Source of the DNA: a virus | Virus record (IMG/VR): IMGVR_UViG_3300025732_000017 | Length of the DNA: 64,000 nucleotides | Reading direction: 5' to 3' (one strand) | Shown: positions 1-8,993 of the stretch, piece after piece | Position numbering within the stretch: position 1 is the stretch's first letter | Layout of the letters: each line of letters opens with the position of its first letter | Made by a program: the position numbers and the translations under genes | The notes under the pieces: generated by a model | Databases searched by the model: none | The model's input: only the letters and a program-made list of their open reading frames with translations | What the model was told of the DNA's origin: nothing

Positions 1-57
1 ATAGTTCTAGACAAACAGACTAAATCATGTTATGATTGTTTTTTATCATAGGATATC

Positions 58-1293
58 GTGATGTACCAAAAATATACCGTTGATGATGTAAAGAAGTCTT
101 CCGCTCGTAAATTGTTCAATGTGATTTCCACGTTTGCTGGCGGCGGTGGCTCTTCTACTGGATATCGTCTTGCTGGTGGTAATATCATCGCAATCAATGA
201 ATTCGTTGAAGAAGCAATCAAGACATACTCAACGAACTTTCCTGACACCAAGATCATACCCGGCGACATCAAGAAATTGACTGCAAAAGACTTTCTTGAT
301 ACAGCTGGACTCAAGCCTGGCGAACTTGATATTCTTGATGGATCTCCACCGTGTTCAGCATTCTCTGTTGCAGGTAAGCGCGAGAAGGGTTGGGCTGGAC
401 ATGTCACAGATACACGCAAGTCATACTTTGACGATGATGGTAATATCATTGAAGAAGGCGAACTTCTTGTTCAAGAAGGTATCAAGAAGTACTCTGATGG
501 CAAGACCGTAGAAGCCATTGAAGATCTATTTTTGGAATTCATTCGTATCGCAAAAGAGATCAAGCCAAAGGTAATCGTTGCCGAGAACGTCAAAGGCATC
601 ACGTTTGGTGAAGCCAAAAGCAAACTATATGAGTTTGTCAATTCGTTTGAAAAGATTGGATATCAAGTTACATATCAGGTATTGAATGCAGCAGATTTTG
701 GTGTGCCACAAGCAAGAGAGCGTACTCTATTTGTCTGCATACGCGAAGATGTATGTGATGCAATTGGCTTGAACTTCCTCAATATTCACTCTACTGTTTT
801 TCCTAATGCAACATATGCAAAGCACATATCTTTGCGCGAGGCAATTGAAGACATAGAGAATGATCCGAACGAATTGCAGGAACTCTATGACTATGTGCAA
901 AATGGCTTTCAAAAAGATTGGATCACGAAACTACCTTTCAATCCAACAAGACATACAAAGCCATCGGACAAGGAATTTCGCGATTGGAATCCCAAGGCAT
1001 CATGCTTCAACATGATTCGCCCATGTCCAGATCTTCCGTCTCCAACTTTGACTCAGCGCGGACAACAGAAGTCCGTATCTGGCGTGTTTCACTATGCCGA
1101 GAATAGAAAGTTCACGATCAAGGAATTGAAGCGTATCATGAGTCTACCCGAAGACTTTGTTCTTACAGGCACGTTTGATCAACAGGCTGAGAGAATTGGA
1201 CGCATGGTTGCACCAAAGATGATGGCTGCTCTTGCAGGTAGCATCTATGAAAATGTTTTGAAGCCATATAATGATAGCCAAGTTACTAAGTGA
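58..1293 (+). CDS. C5 cytosine DNA methyltransferase homolog, probably a carboxymethyltransferase (CmoX-like)
   Basis: Motif I FAGGGG, motif IV GSPPC, motif VI ENV, motif VIII QARER. Motif X reads GRMV instead of GN(A/S)V. Clustered with cmoA. Confidence 0.9.
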   Translation: MMYQKYTVDDVKKSSARKLFNVISTFAGGGGSSTGYRLAGGNIIAINEFVEEAIKTYSTNFPDTKIIPGDIKKLTAKDFLDTAGLKPGELDILDGSPPCSAFSVAGKREKGWAGHVTDTRKSYFDDDGNIIEEGELLVQEGIKKYSDGKTVEAIEDLFLEFIRIAKEIKPKVIVAENVKGITFGEAKSKLYEFVNSFEKIGYQVTYQVLNAADFGVPQARERTLFVCIREDVCDAIGLNFLNIHSTVFPNATYAKHISLREAIEDIENDPNELQELYDYVQNGFQKDWITKLPFNPTRHTKPSDKEFRDWNPKASCFNMIRPCPDLPSPTLTQRGQQKSVSGVFHYAENRKFTIKELKRIMSLPEDFVLTGTFDQQAERIGRMVAPKMMAALAGSIYENVLKPYNDSQVTK

Positions 1294-2062
1294 AGAAATA
1301 GAAAAAGCATCAAACGATATCAACGTCGCTGTACTTTTGTCTGGCGGCGTTGATAGCATTTCTGTGGCATTAGCAGCACATCGTGTTGGTAAGAAGATTA
1401 CTGCATACACGTTTCATCTAAAAGACCAGCCGACATATGATGCAAGTAAAGCACAAGAAATAAGTAAGATCATGGGTTGGTCGTGCAAGACGATTGAAAT
1501 TCCTGTTGACAATGTTATACGGGATTTCATTCGCCTTCGTCGTGAAGTAGATTGTCAGAAGAAGACACACTATGAATGCTGCTTTCCTTTTCTATATGTC
1601 TATCCGCAAATAGAAGAGAAAGAAGTGCTTAGTGGATGGGCTGCCGATGGTTACTATGGCGTATCCAAGAAAGCCAATCTACACTACAAGCATACGATGG
1701 AAAAGTTCAACGAATTTCGTGAAGATTATTTTCTGCTTGATCACTGTGCTGGCTATCTTTGGCACAAGAGGATTGCTGATATGCACAACAAGATCTTTAT
1801 CACACCATATCTAACCGAGCCAGTAAAACAGTTTTTTTGGACCAAAGACTGGTATGAATTGAATCAGCCATTTCAGAAACACCATGTAGTAGAAGCATTT
1901 GATGAATTTTCTAGATTTGGTGCCGTAAAGAAACACATCAATCTGCAATTGGGCTCAGGTGTTGACAAACTGTTTGAATCTGTTATAATACCTGACAAGA
2001 CGATCAACTATCGTAATAGAAAACGCATCATGGATATTTGCAAGGATTGGAGAAATAGATGA
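1271..2062 (+). CDS. Asparagine synthetase-like ATP-dependent amide ligase (synthetase domain only)
   Basis: PP-loop LLSGGVDS and LSGWAADGYYG (cf. AsnB LSGEGADELFGGY). At 263 aa it has no N-terminal Ntn glutaminase domain. Confidence 0.8.
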   Translation: MIAKLLSEEIEKASNDINVAVLLSGGVDSISVALAAHRVGKKITAYTFHLKDQPTYDASKAQEISKIMGWSCKTIEIPVDNVIRDFIRLRREVDCQKKTHYECCFPFLYVYPQIEEKEVLSGWAADGYYGVSKKANLHYKHTMEKFNEFREDYFLLDHCAGYLWHKRIADMHNKIFITPYLTEPVKQFFWTKDWYELNQPFQKHHVVEAFDEFSRFGAVKKHINLQLGSGVDKLFESVIIPDKTINYRNRKRIMDICKDWRNR

Positions 2063-2745
2063 CACAAAAATTTACATTTGCCCAGCGCGAAGAGGGTTTT
2101 GACAATCACATTAGCCAGTCCATTCGCGGATACAACGACTTGATTGGTGATGTCATCAATCTCTCGCAGTATTTTGTAGAGAACGATACTGTCGTCTATG
2201 ATATCGGCTGTTCAACTGGCAAGATGCTTCGTGCAATGATTGGTCAGAACGAGAAAATTGCACCTCGTGCCAATTATGTAGGAATTGAGATTGAAGAAGA
2301 TTTCTTCAAGTTCTTTGATGAGAATGTTCAGAGTAATTTGGAGTTCATTCGGAATGATGTGCGTGATGTAAGTTTTGCTGTCAATACATCTTTGATCACT
2401 TCTATTTTCACTCTTCAGTTCATGCCCAGACAAGATCGTCAGGATGTCATCAATCAAATCTATAACTGTTTGATTCCCGGTGGGGCGTTCATCTTTGCCG
2501 AGAAGACGATTGGCAACAATCCGATGATTCATGAGATGCGTACATTCACCTACTATGATTTCAAGAAACTCAGTTTCACCTATGACGATATCATGACGAA
2601 GGAAAAGAAACTGCGTTCCATGTTGAAGTCCAATAGTCGTCAGGAATTGATTGAAATGTGTGAGATTGCTGGATTCAATCCCAATTCAATTGATTCGTTC
2701 TGGCAAAACTTTGCGTTTACTGGATTCATTGCAATCAAGAACTGA
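2059..2745 (+). CDS. cmoA: Carboxy-S-adenosyl-L-methionine synthase
   Basis: FDNHISQSIRGY, VYDIGCSTG, FTLQFM, LIPGGAFIFAEK and the C-terminal FTGFIAIK follow the CmoA pattern. Confidence 0.85.
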   Translation: MTQKFTFAQREEGFDNHISQSIRGYNDLIGDVINLSQYFVENDTVVYDIGCSTGKMLRAMIGQNEKIAPRANYVGIEIEEDFFKFFDENVQSNLEFIRNDVRDVSFAVNTSLITSIFTLQFMPRQDRQDVINQIYNCLIPGGAFIFAEKTIGNNPMIHEMRTFTYYDFKKLSFTYDDIMTKEKKLRSMLKSNSRQELIEMCEIAGFNPNSIDSFWQNFAFTGFIAIKN

Positions 2746-2813
2746 TTGGGAATTCCAATATACATATGTGGTAGATGCATAGCTGCTATGCATTGGGAAA
2801 ACAAAGATTGTCC

Positions 2814-2842
2814 TTGTTTCCAAGAAACGATCAGAGTATACT
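2814..2842 (+). promoter_or_regulatory. Possible sigma70-type early promoter
   Basis: TTGTTT-N17-TATACT just upstream of ATG 2849. Confidence 0.45.
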
Positions 2843-2848
2843 GACCAC

Positions 2849-5107
2849 ATGATCGAGAAAAAGACACCCACCATTCACCGGGAAGCCAAGTCACAGCTTG
2901 CGCGTCTCATGGCCAACGAGAACCTCACGGTCGAGCATCGTGCAGTTCGTACAGCGTCCTTCGACACGAATAATCGTGTTCTGACGCTTCCAATCTGGAC
3001 TGACATGACTGGCGATATCTATGATACGCTGGTTGGTCACGAGGTTGGACATGCGCTGGATACTCCAGCGGGTGTCGATGCCATTCTTTCCGCAATCAAG
3101 GCGATTGACGCCAACAACATGCATGGCGCCAAGATGTTCCTCAATGTGGTTGAGGATGCTCGCATTGAAAAGATGGTGCGTCGTCGTTATCCTGGTATGC
3201 GTCGTTCCTTCTCTCTCGGCTACAAGCAGCTGTTGGATCGGAACTTCTTTGGCACGATTGGTCGTGACCTGAAGACGTACAAGCTGATTGACCGCGTCAA
3301 TCTGTACTTCAAGCTGGGTTCGGCTGCGATCATTGACTTCTCTCCCAAGGAGATGGAGTTGGTTCGCATGGTTGACAACAGCGAATCCTTTGAGGACGTT
3401 GTCGCCGCAGCCAAGGCGCTCTATCAATATGCCAAGGATCATAAGGAAGACCAGCCTGATCAGGACGGCGATCAGGACGAAGACTATGACATGTATCCGG
3501 ATGACGACGGAAACTATTACATGGAGAGCGAGTCTTCTGACGAAAATGACGAGGAGGATGAGTCTGACGACGAGACTGGTTCTCCTTCCGATCGGGACGA
3601 TGAGGACGACGAGTCCATGTCCAAGTCCGAGGCTGAAGATGGTGAGGATGGGTCCGATGATGAGGACTCAGATTCTGAGGATGCCTCTGACTCTGAGGAT
3701 GAGCCGATTGATGATGTAGGCACTTCGGAAAACAATCCGACTTCCGAGACTCAGGAGTCTTGGGAAAACCAGAAGGACAAGCTGCTCTCTGGTGCGGTTC
3801 GCGGTTACCTTTACTGCAACATTCCCGAGATTGATGGTCATAATTGGATTGTGCCTTACAAGCAGATCCATTATGGAAATGGTAAGACTGGCGAGGGGCG
3901 CATCGACGGCCTGTCTACGGTTGTTCAAGCGGAAGGCTGGAATGGTCTTCGTGGTCCGAACGAGGCCGAGCGTTTTGCCATGCTCAACAAGTTCAAGAGC
4001 GAAAATGCACCCATCATTTCCTTCATGGTGAAGGAGTTTGAAATGCGTAAGGCTGCTGAGCAGTATGCTCGTCAGTCTATCGCCAAGACTGGCGTGATCA
4101 ACACCAACAAACTCCATACCTACAAGTACAATGACGATATCTTCCGTCGCATCACCAATGTGCCGACTGGCAAGAATCATGGTCTTGTTCTTATTCTGGA
4201 TTGGTCTGGTTCCATGGGTCAGCAGATTACGGGCACCATTGAGCAGCTTCTGAACATGGCACTCTTCTGCCGTCGTGTCCAGATTCCGTTTGAGGTGTTT
4301 GCATTCAGCGATGGTTATCACCCGCATCCTGAAGGGGCAAGTAATTTCAAGTATGATAATGGCGATATGATGATCACCTATGGACTCTCGCTTCTTCAGC
4401 TTCTGTCCTCTACCATGAAGCCGAAGGAACTCAATGATGCCATGGGCAATCTTCTCGCTCTTGGAGAAAACTTCAGGCCGGGTAATCGCAATACTCGTCC
4501 CATGGGGTACTTCCATCTCAATGGAACTCCGCTTGATGGTGCGTTGCTTTGCCTTCCGAGCATCGTGAATGCTTTCCGCAAGCGTAACAAGCTGCAGATC
4601 GTCAATACGATCATCCTTACCGATGGTGAGAATTCCTATAGTCCCGAGATCAATGACAAGGAATATGCCCGTTGGGGTAATAAGGTTCTTGTGGTTCGCG
4701 ACAAGGTGACCAAGGCTGAGTATACCTGTTCTATGCATGGTGGTGAAGAACTTACCAAGATTCTCCTCAAGAACCTTGAGGATCGTACCAATGCAAACGT
4801 CATTGGTTACTATCTGGTCAGTGGATCTTCTCGTACCCTGAGGCAGGCTATTAGTCCGTATTTTCCTGACGATATTGAGAATGCGTTCAATAAGTTCAAT
4901 GAAAAGAGGTACGTGGAGATCACCAGTAGGGGTTACACCTACTACTATGTGATCAAGGGTAACAATCTTCAGATTGAAACTGAGGAGCTGGATATCGGTC
5001 GTGCAACTTCTGCCAAGGCTATTGCCAAGGCATTTGGAAAGTACTCCAAGAACAAGTTGGACAATCGTGTCATGCTTTCCAGGTTCATTGAAAAGATTTC
5101 GGCTTGA
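2849..5107 (+). CDS. CobT-like protein: HExxH metallopeptidase domain, acidic linker, VWA domain
   Basis: HEVGH near the N-terminus, a long D/E/S-rich linker, MIDAS DWSGSM and LTDGE. Adjacent to an AAA ATPase. Confidence 0.8.
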   Translation: MIEKKTPTIHREAKSQLARLMANENLTVEHRAVRTASFDTNNRVLTLPIWTDMTGDIYDTLVGHEVGHALDTPAGVDAILSAIKAIDANNMHGAKMFLNVVEDARIEKMVRRRYPGMRRSFSLGYKQLLDRNFFGTIGRDLKTYKLIDRVNLYFKLGSAAIIDFSPKEMELVRMVDNSESFEDVVAAAKALYQYAKDHKEDQPDQDGDQDEDYDMYPDDDGNYYMESESSDENDEEDESDDETGSPSDRDDEDDESMSKSEAEDGEDGSDDEDSDSEDASDSEDEPIDDVGTSENNPTSETQESWENQKDKLLSGAVRGYLYCNIPEIDGHNWIVPYKQIHYGNGKTGEGRIDGLSTVVQAEGWNGLRGPNEAERFAMLNKFKSENAPIISFMVKEFEMRKAAEQYARQSIAKTGVINTNKLHTYKYNDDIFRRITNVPTGKNHGLVLILDWSGSMGQQITGTIEQLLNMALFCRRVQIPFEVFAFSDGYHPHPEGASNFKYDNGDMMITYGLSLLQLLSSTMKPKELNDAMGNLLALGENFRPGNRNTRPMGYFHLNGTPLDGALLCLPSIVNAFRKRNKLQIVNTIILTDGENSYSPEINDKEYARWGNKVLVVRDKVTKAEYTCSMHGGEELTKILLKNLEDRTNANVIGYYLVSGSSRTLRQAISPYFPDDIENAFNKFNEKRYVEITSRGYTYYYVIKGNNLQIETEELDIGRATSAKAIAKAFGKYSKNKLDNRVMLSRFIEKISA

Positions 5108-5132
5108 CATTCCCAATCTTGTATTGTATTCT
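5104..5132 (+). promoter_or_regulatory. sigma70-type early promoter
   Basis: TTGACA-N17-TATTCT upstream of GAGG RBS and ATG 5158. Confidence 0.75.
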
Positions 5133-5157
5133 TAGATCATAACCTGAGAGGAAATAA

Positions 5158-6369
5158 ATGTCTCTGACCAACAAGCAGATTGCCTTCATCAAGCTGGCAA
5201 ACGCAAACGGTTTTACCAGCACGATTTCCCGCAAGGACGCAAAGGCGCTTTGCAAGGCTAATGACTTCAAGTGGCCGCGATGGATTGCGATTGACGACCA
5301 GTATCGTCACGCTCGCGGCGTCTATAGGCTTCCCAAGATTGATAGTGAGGTAAGTGTGCCTAAGGTTTCTCGGATTGATACGCCCGTGCAGCAGGCTCCT
5401 GCACCGACCATGAATCTTCAGGTTCTTGGTACGAATGTGGCGGAATCGCTCATTCCAATGCCCAATCGCAAGTATGTGCCATTTGGCAACTTTGCCGATG
5501 TTGAGGCTATCATTTCTTCCACTCTATTCTATCCGATCTATGTCACGGGTCTGTCTGGCAACGGCAAGACCATGATGATTGAGCAGGTCTGTGCCAAGGC
5601 TCGGCGCGAGATGGTTCGCGTCAATATCACGGCCGAGACTGACGAAGACGATCTTATCGGCGGCTTCCGTCTGATTGATGGTCAGACCGTGTGGCATAAT
5701 GGTCCTGTGGTCATGGCCATGGAGCGTGGTGCTGTACTGCTCCTGGACGAGGTTGACCTTGGTTCAATTAAGCTGATGTGCCTTCAGCCCGTGCTTGAGG
5801 GTAAGCCGATCTTCATCAAAAAGATCAACAAGCTGGTTCAGCCTGCCAAGGGCTTCACGGTTGTTGCTACTGCAAACACCAAGGGTAAGGGTTCAGACGA
5901 TGGTCGCTTCATTGGCACCAACGTGATGAACGAGGCTTTCCTTGAGCGTTTTTCCATCACCCTTGAGCAGGAGTATCCGCCTGCTGTAACCGAGAAGAAG
6001 ATCCTTCTCAACATCCTGGATCGCTCTGCGGACAATGACAAGGAGTTTGCCGAGCTGCTTATCAAGTGGGCAGAGGCAATTCGCCGCACCTATTATGATG
6101 GTGGTGTGACCGAGATCATTTCCACTCGTCGTTTGGTGCATATCTGCGAGGCGTATAACATCTTCTCCAAGGATCGCAAGAAGGCGATTCAGCTCTGTCT
6201 CAATCGGTTTGATGCGGACACCAAGAATTCGTTCATGGATCTGTATACCAAGATTGATGCTGAGGTCAATCCTCCTGTGGTTGCTGCGCCTGGCACCGAC
6301 AGCCCGACTGTTCAGGCTGAGATGTCGCTTGAGGACAAGATCAAGGCGGCTGACGAAATTCCCTTCTGA
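5158..6369 (+). CDS. CobS/MoxR-family AAA+ ATPase
   Basis: Walker A GLSGNGKT, Walker B LLLDEVD, VATANTKG, AFLERF, ISTRRL. Typical T4-like phage cobS homolog. Confidence 0.88.
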   Translation: MSLTNKQIAFIKLANANGFTSTISRKDAKALCKANDFKWPRWIAIDDQYRHARGVYRLPKIDSEVSVPKVSRIDTPVQQAPAPTMNLQVLGTNVAESLIPMPNRKYVPFGNFADVEAIISSTLFYPIYVTGLSGNGKTMMIEQVCAKARREMVRVNITAETDEDDLIGGFRLIDGQTVWHNGPVVMAMERGAVLLLDEVDLGSIKLMCLQPVLEGKPIFIKKINKLVQPAKGFTVVATANTKGKGSDDGRFIGTNVMNEAFLERFSITLEQEYPPAVTEKKILLNILDRSADNDKEFAELLIKWAEAIRRTYYDGGVTEIISTRRLVHICEAYNIFSKDRKKAIQLCLNRFDADTKNSFMDLYTKIDAEVNPPVVAAPGTDSPTVQAEMSLEDKIKAADEIPF

Positions 6370-6375
6370 AAATAC

Positions 6376-6410
6376 TTGACATTCCATTTCAACATTGATA
6401 TAATGTTGAA
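6376..6410 (+). promoter_or_regulatory. Consensus sigma70 promoter with overlapping inverted repeat
   Basis: TTGACA(6376-81)-N17-TATAAT(6399-404). The inverted repeat TTCAACATT-N5-AATGTTGAA (6388-6410) covers the -10 box. Confidence 0.85.
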
Positions 6411-6484
6411 TAATGGAGCGACGTTCTTGGTTGCTCGTCACTCCGTTTCTCTCTAGTGCAACCTTTTGTTATGGAGTAAAATAT

Positions 6485-6754
6485 ATGGCTAAGATCTCTG
6501 CTAAGACTCGTATGCTTCAGGCTCTCAAGGGCAATGGCGCATACAACACCTTCTCGGTTGCTCAGGGTCGCAATCGTTTCGGTGTGACGAATGTTTCAGC
6601 TCGTATCGCTGAGCTGCGTCAGGATGGTCATTCCATCTATACGAACGTTCGTCGTCGTGGCGATGGCAGCAAGGTCCGCGTCTATCGTCTTGGCACTCCG
6701 ACCAAGGCCATGAAGGCTGCGGCTCGCAAGACGAAGACTCGTCGTTCTGCCTGA
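6485..6754 (+). CDS. Small basic winged-HTH-like DNA-binding protein
   Basis: GGAG RBS then ATG 6485 (89 aa). VSARIAELRQDGHSI...VYRLG is a wHTH-like pattern; K/R-rich tail. Confidence 0.65.
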   Translation: MAKISAKTRMLQALKGNGAYNTFSVAQGRNRFGVTNVSARIAELRQDGHSIYTNVRRRGDGSKVRVYRLGTPTKAMKAAARKTKTRRSA

Positions 6755-6778
6755 TTCAATAGTTCATATTGAGTCCAT

Positions 6779-6811
6779 GAAGGGGAAGAGAAATCTTCCC
6801 CTTCTTCATTT
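6779..6811 (+). terminator. Intrinsic terminator
   Basis: GAAGGGGAAGA-GAAA-TCTTCCCCTTC, an 11-bp stem followed by TTCATTT. Confidence 0.8.
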
Positions 6812-6815
6812 GCTA

Positions 6816-6823
6816 ACTAAATA
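6816..6823 (+). promoter_or_regulatory. T4-type late promoter-like site
   Basis: ACTAAATA right after the terminator, upstream of ATG 6865. Confidence 0.45.
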
Positions 6824-6864
6824 GGAGTATGGTTTAGTAATTACTTTTTTGATTGGAGTACACT

Positions 6865-7680
6865 ATGGAAATTTCTATCTCTGTTGACGAACTACGCAAA
6901 AGAAAGTTGTTTATCGCCACACCAATGTATGGTGGTATGGCAAATGGACTTTACATGAAGTCCTGTCTAGATCTACAGTCTATACTAAATCAATATGGCG
7001 TTGAAGCCAAGTTTTCATTTCTATTCAACGAATCCCTCATCACTCGCGCAAGAAATTATTTGACTGATGAGTTTTTGAGAAATGAACAGTTTACTCATCT
7101 TCTATTTTTGGATTCGGATATTCACTTTAATCCACAAGATGTTGTCACGATGCTTGCACTTGACAAGGACATCATTGGTGGACCATATCCCAAGAAGTCA
7201 ATCAATTGGGGTAATGTTGCAAACGCCGTAAGAAGCAAGCCTGATATTGAGGCTGGAGAACTTGAAGGATTGGTTGGCGAATTTGTATTCAATCCTGTTG
7301 CTGGAACAAAGCAGTTCTCTATTACTGAACCACTTGAAGTCATGGAAATCGGAACAGGTTTCATGATGATCAAGCGAGAGGTCTTCAAGAAGTTTGAAGA
7401 CGCATATCCAGAGTATCGTTACAAGCCAGATCATGTTGGTCAAAAGCATTTTGACGGCTCGCGATACATTCATGCATATTTTGATACGATCATTGATCGT
7501 GGACCAAATGCTCCTGGCTCATCCGAGAGATACCTTTCAGAAGATTATTTCTTCTGTCAGATGAGCCGTAAAATCGGCATCAAGATTTGGTTGTGCCCGT
7601 GGATGAAGACGCAACACGTTGGCACATATGCGTTTACTGGTGATCTTCCAAGAATTGCACAGTATACGGGACGTATATGA
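6865..7680 (+). CDS. GT-A fold glycosyltransferase-like protein
   Basis: FIATPMYGG, ITRARN, LLFLDSDI (DxD), YLSEDYFFC, CPW..TQHVG. GGAG RBS before ATG 6865. Confidence 0.7.
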   Translation: MEISISVDELRKRKLFIATPMYGGMANGLYMKSCLDLQSILNQYGVEAKFSFLFNESLITRARNYLTDEFLRNEQFTHLLFLDSDIHFNPQDVVTMLALDKDIIGGPYPKKSINWGNVANAVRSKPDIEAGELEGLVGEFVFNPVAGTKQFSITEPLEVMEIGTGFMMIKREVFKKFEDAYPEYRYKPDHVGQKHFDGSRYIHAYFDTIIDRGPNAPGSSERYLSEDYFFCQMSRKIGIKIWLCPWMKTQHVGTYAFTGDLPRIAQYTGRI

Positions 7681-8285
7681 TTATTGGATTTGTTGGTACT
7701 ATCGGTAGCGGTAAAGGAACTGCTGGCGATATATTGGCGCAGCGGGGCTTCTTTACTGAAAGTTTCGCTGCGCCTCTAAAGGATATAACTGCAAGTCTTT
7801 TCGGTTGGCCAAGACATCTTGTCGAAGGTGATACAACTGAGTCTCGCGAATTTCGTGAAACAAGAGACGAGTGGTGGTCCAATAGATTCGGCAAAGATAT
7901 CACTCCGCGTTTGATATTGCAGCTCATTGGTACTGAGTGTATGCGCGAGTGTATACACTCAGACTTCTGGGTTGCGTGTCTCGAAAGACGAATAAAGCAG
8001 AATCACGATTATGTGATTACAGATGTTCGTTTTCCTAACGAGATTGATTCCATTCACAAGATGGGTGGAAAGATTGTAGAGATTCAACGCGGAAAACCTG
8101 CGGATTGGTATGTACATGCTTGCATGTATAACAATGGCGATTCTGGTGTAAAGCCTAGTGCTCATTATTCGGAGTGGGCATGGATGGGATACAAGACTGA
8201 CTACACATTGAACAATGATGGGTCTTTGGAAGACCTTGAAAATGACATTGAATTGATGCTTGAGTGCTTGACACCACCAAGGTAA
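7677..8285 (+). CDS. Deoxynucleoside monophosphate kinase (T4 gp1-like)
   Basis: GFVGTIGSGKGT, FAAPLK, PRLILQLIGTE, VITDVRFPNE. Confidence 0.9.
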   Translation: MIIGFVGTIGSGKGTAGDILAQRGFFTESFAAPLKDITASLFGWPRHLVEGDTTESREFRETRDEWWSNRFGKDITPRLILQLIGTECMRECIHSDFWVACLERRIKQNHDYVITDVRFPNEIDSIHKMGGKIVEIQRGKPADWYVHACMYNNGDSGVKPSAHYSEWAWMGYKTDYTLNNDGSLEDLENDIELMLECLTPPR

Positions 8286-8296
8286 AGTGATACTAT
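8268..8296 (+). promoter_or_regulatory. sigma70-type promoter with extended -10
   Basis: TTGACA-N17-TACTAT with TGn before the -10 box, upstream of the clamp gene. Confidence 0.7.
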
Positions 8297-8324
8297 TATC
8301 TTCATACAACTATGGAGTTTTGTT

Positions 8325-8990
8325 ATGAAATTCTCACAAGAGACGATGAATGTCTTGAAGAACTTCTCCCAAATCAATCAGGGAATCTTCTTCAAGAAGG
8401 GTGATGTAGTTTCAACTATCTCACCTCAGAAAAACATTTTGGCCGAGGCTACAATCAAGGAAAGTTTTCCAAGAGACTTCGGCATCTATGATCTTCCAAA
8501 CTTTCTGAGTGTGCTTTCTCTTAGCAAGGAAGATCCAGAAGTTGCTTTTGAAGACAAGCAGCTTACCCTCATTGGCAACAATGGTCGTGCGACGATCACC
8601 TATCGTTATACTGATGCATCTATGATTGTTTGTCCGCCAGACAAGAAGCTGACTGTACCATCTGCAACGGTATCGTTTGATCTTACTGAAGTTGATCTTG
8701 CTTGGGTATCTCGTTGTGCTGCAGTACTTCAGCAGCCAAACGTATCCATCGAGAGTGATGGTGAAAAGGTGTATGTGTCTACATTCGATTCAACAAATGA
8801 TTCCACACATACACAGAAACTCACGATTGCTGATGGCAATGGTGAGACATACAAGTTTGTTCTTCGCACCGAAAACCTGAAGCTGCTGCCAGCAGATTAC
8901 AAGGTTGAGGCTACCAAGGGAATTATCACATTCTCCGCGAAGAACTCGGCAATCAAGTATTGGATTGCAACTGAAAAGACAAAGGAGTGA
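8325..8990 (+). CDS. gp45: DNA polymerase sliding clamp (T4 gp45)
   Basis: LKNFSQINQGI..KKG, FGIYDLPNFL, ENLKLLPADY, IKYWIATE. Sits upstream of the clamp loader genes. Confidence 0.92.
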   Translation: MKFSQETMNVLKNFSQINQGIFFKKGDVVSTISPQKNILAEATIKESFPRDFGIYDLPNFLSVLSLSKEDPEVAFEDKQLTLIGNNGRATITYRYTDASMIVCPPDKKLTVPSATVSFDLTEVDLAWVSRCAAVLQQPNVSIESDGEKVYVSTFDSTNDSTHTQKLTIADGNGETYKFVLRTENLKLLPADYKVEATKGIITFSAKNSAIKYWIATEKTKE

Positions 8991-8993
8991 TCA

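Noticed and set aside
1271-2062. QueC (7-deazaguanine pathway) assignment for the SGGxDS protein
   Set aside because: No C-terminal Cys zinc site, an AsnB-type SGxxAD motif is present, and there is no folE/queD/queE/dpdA in the window.
2775-2793. Perfect inverted repeat ATGCATAG-CTG-CTATGCAT
   Set aside because: AT-rich stem with a 3-nt loop, no U-tract and no second copy noticed. Function cannot be supported.
3440-3720. GAT/GAC/GAG-rich repetitive DNA as a possible repeat array or CRISPR
   Set aside because: It simply encodes the acidic linker; there is no fixed repeat-spacer periodicity.
2891-5116. Long antisense ORFs (2891-3442, 3668-5116) and many other shadow ORFs in the track
   Set aside because: They lie opposite or out of frame to well-supported genes, lack an RBS or motifs, and are explained by codon bias in the GC-richer block.
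2849-6369. cobS/cobT as a cobalamin-synthesis AMG feeding the class II RNR
   Set aside because: No cobN or other cob genes are present, and the peptidase domain points to a generic AAA/VWA role.
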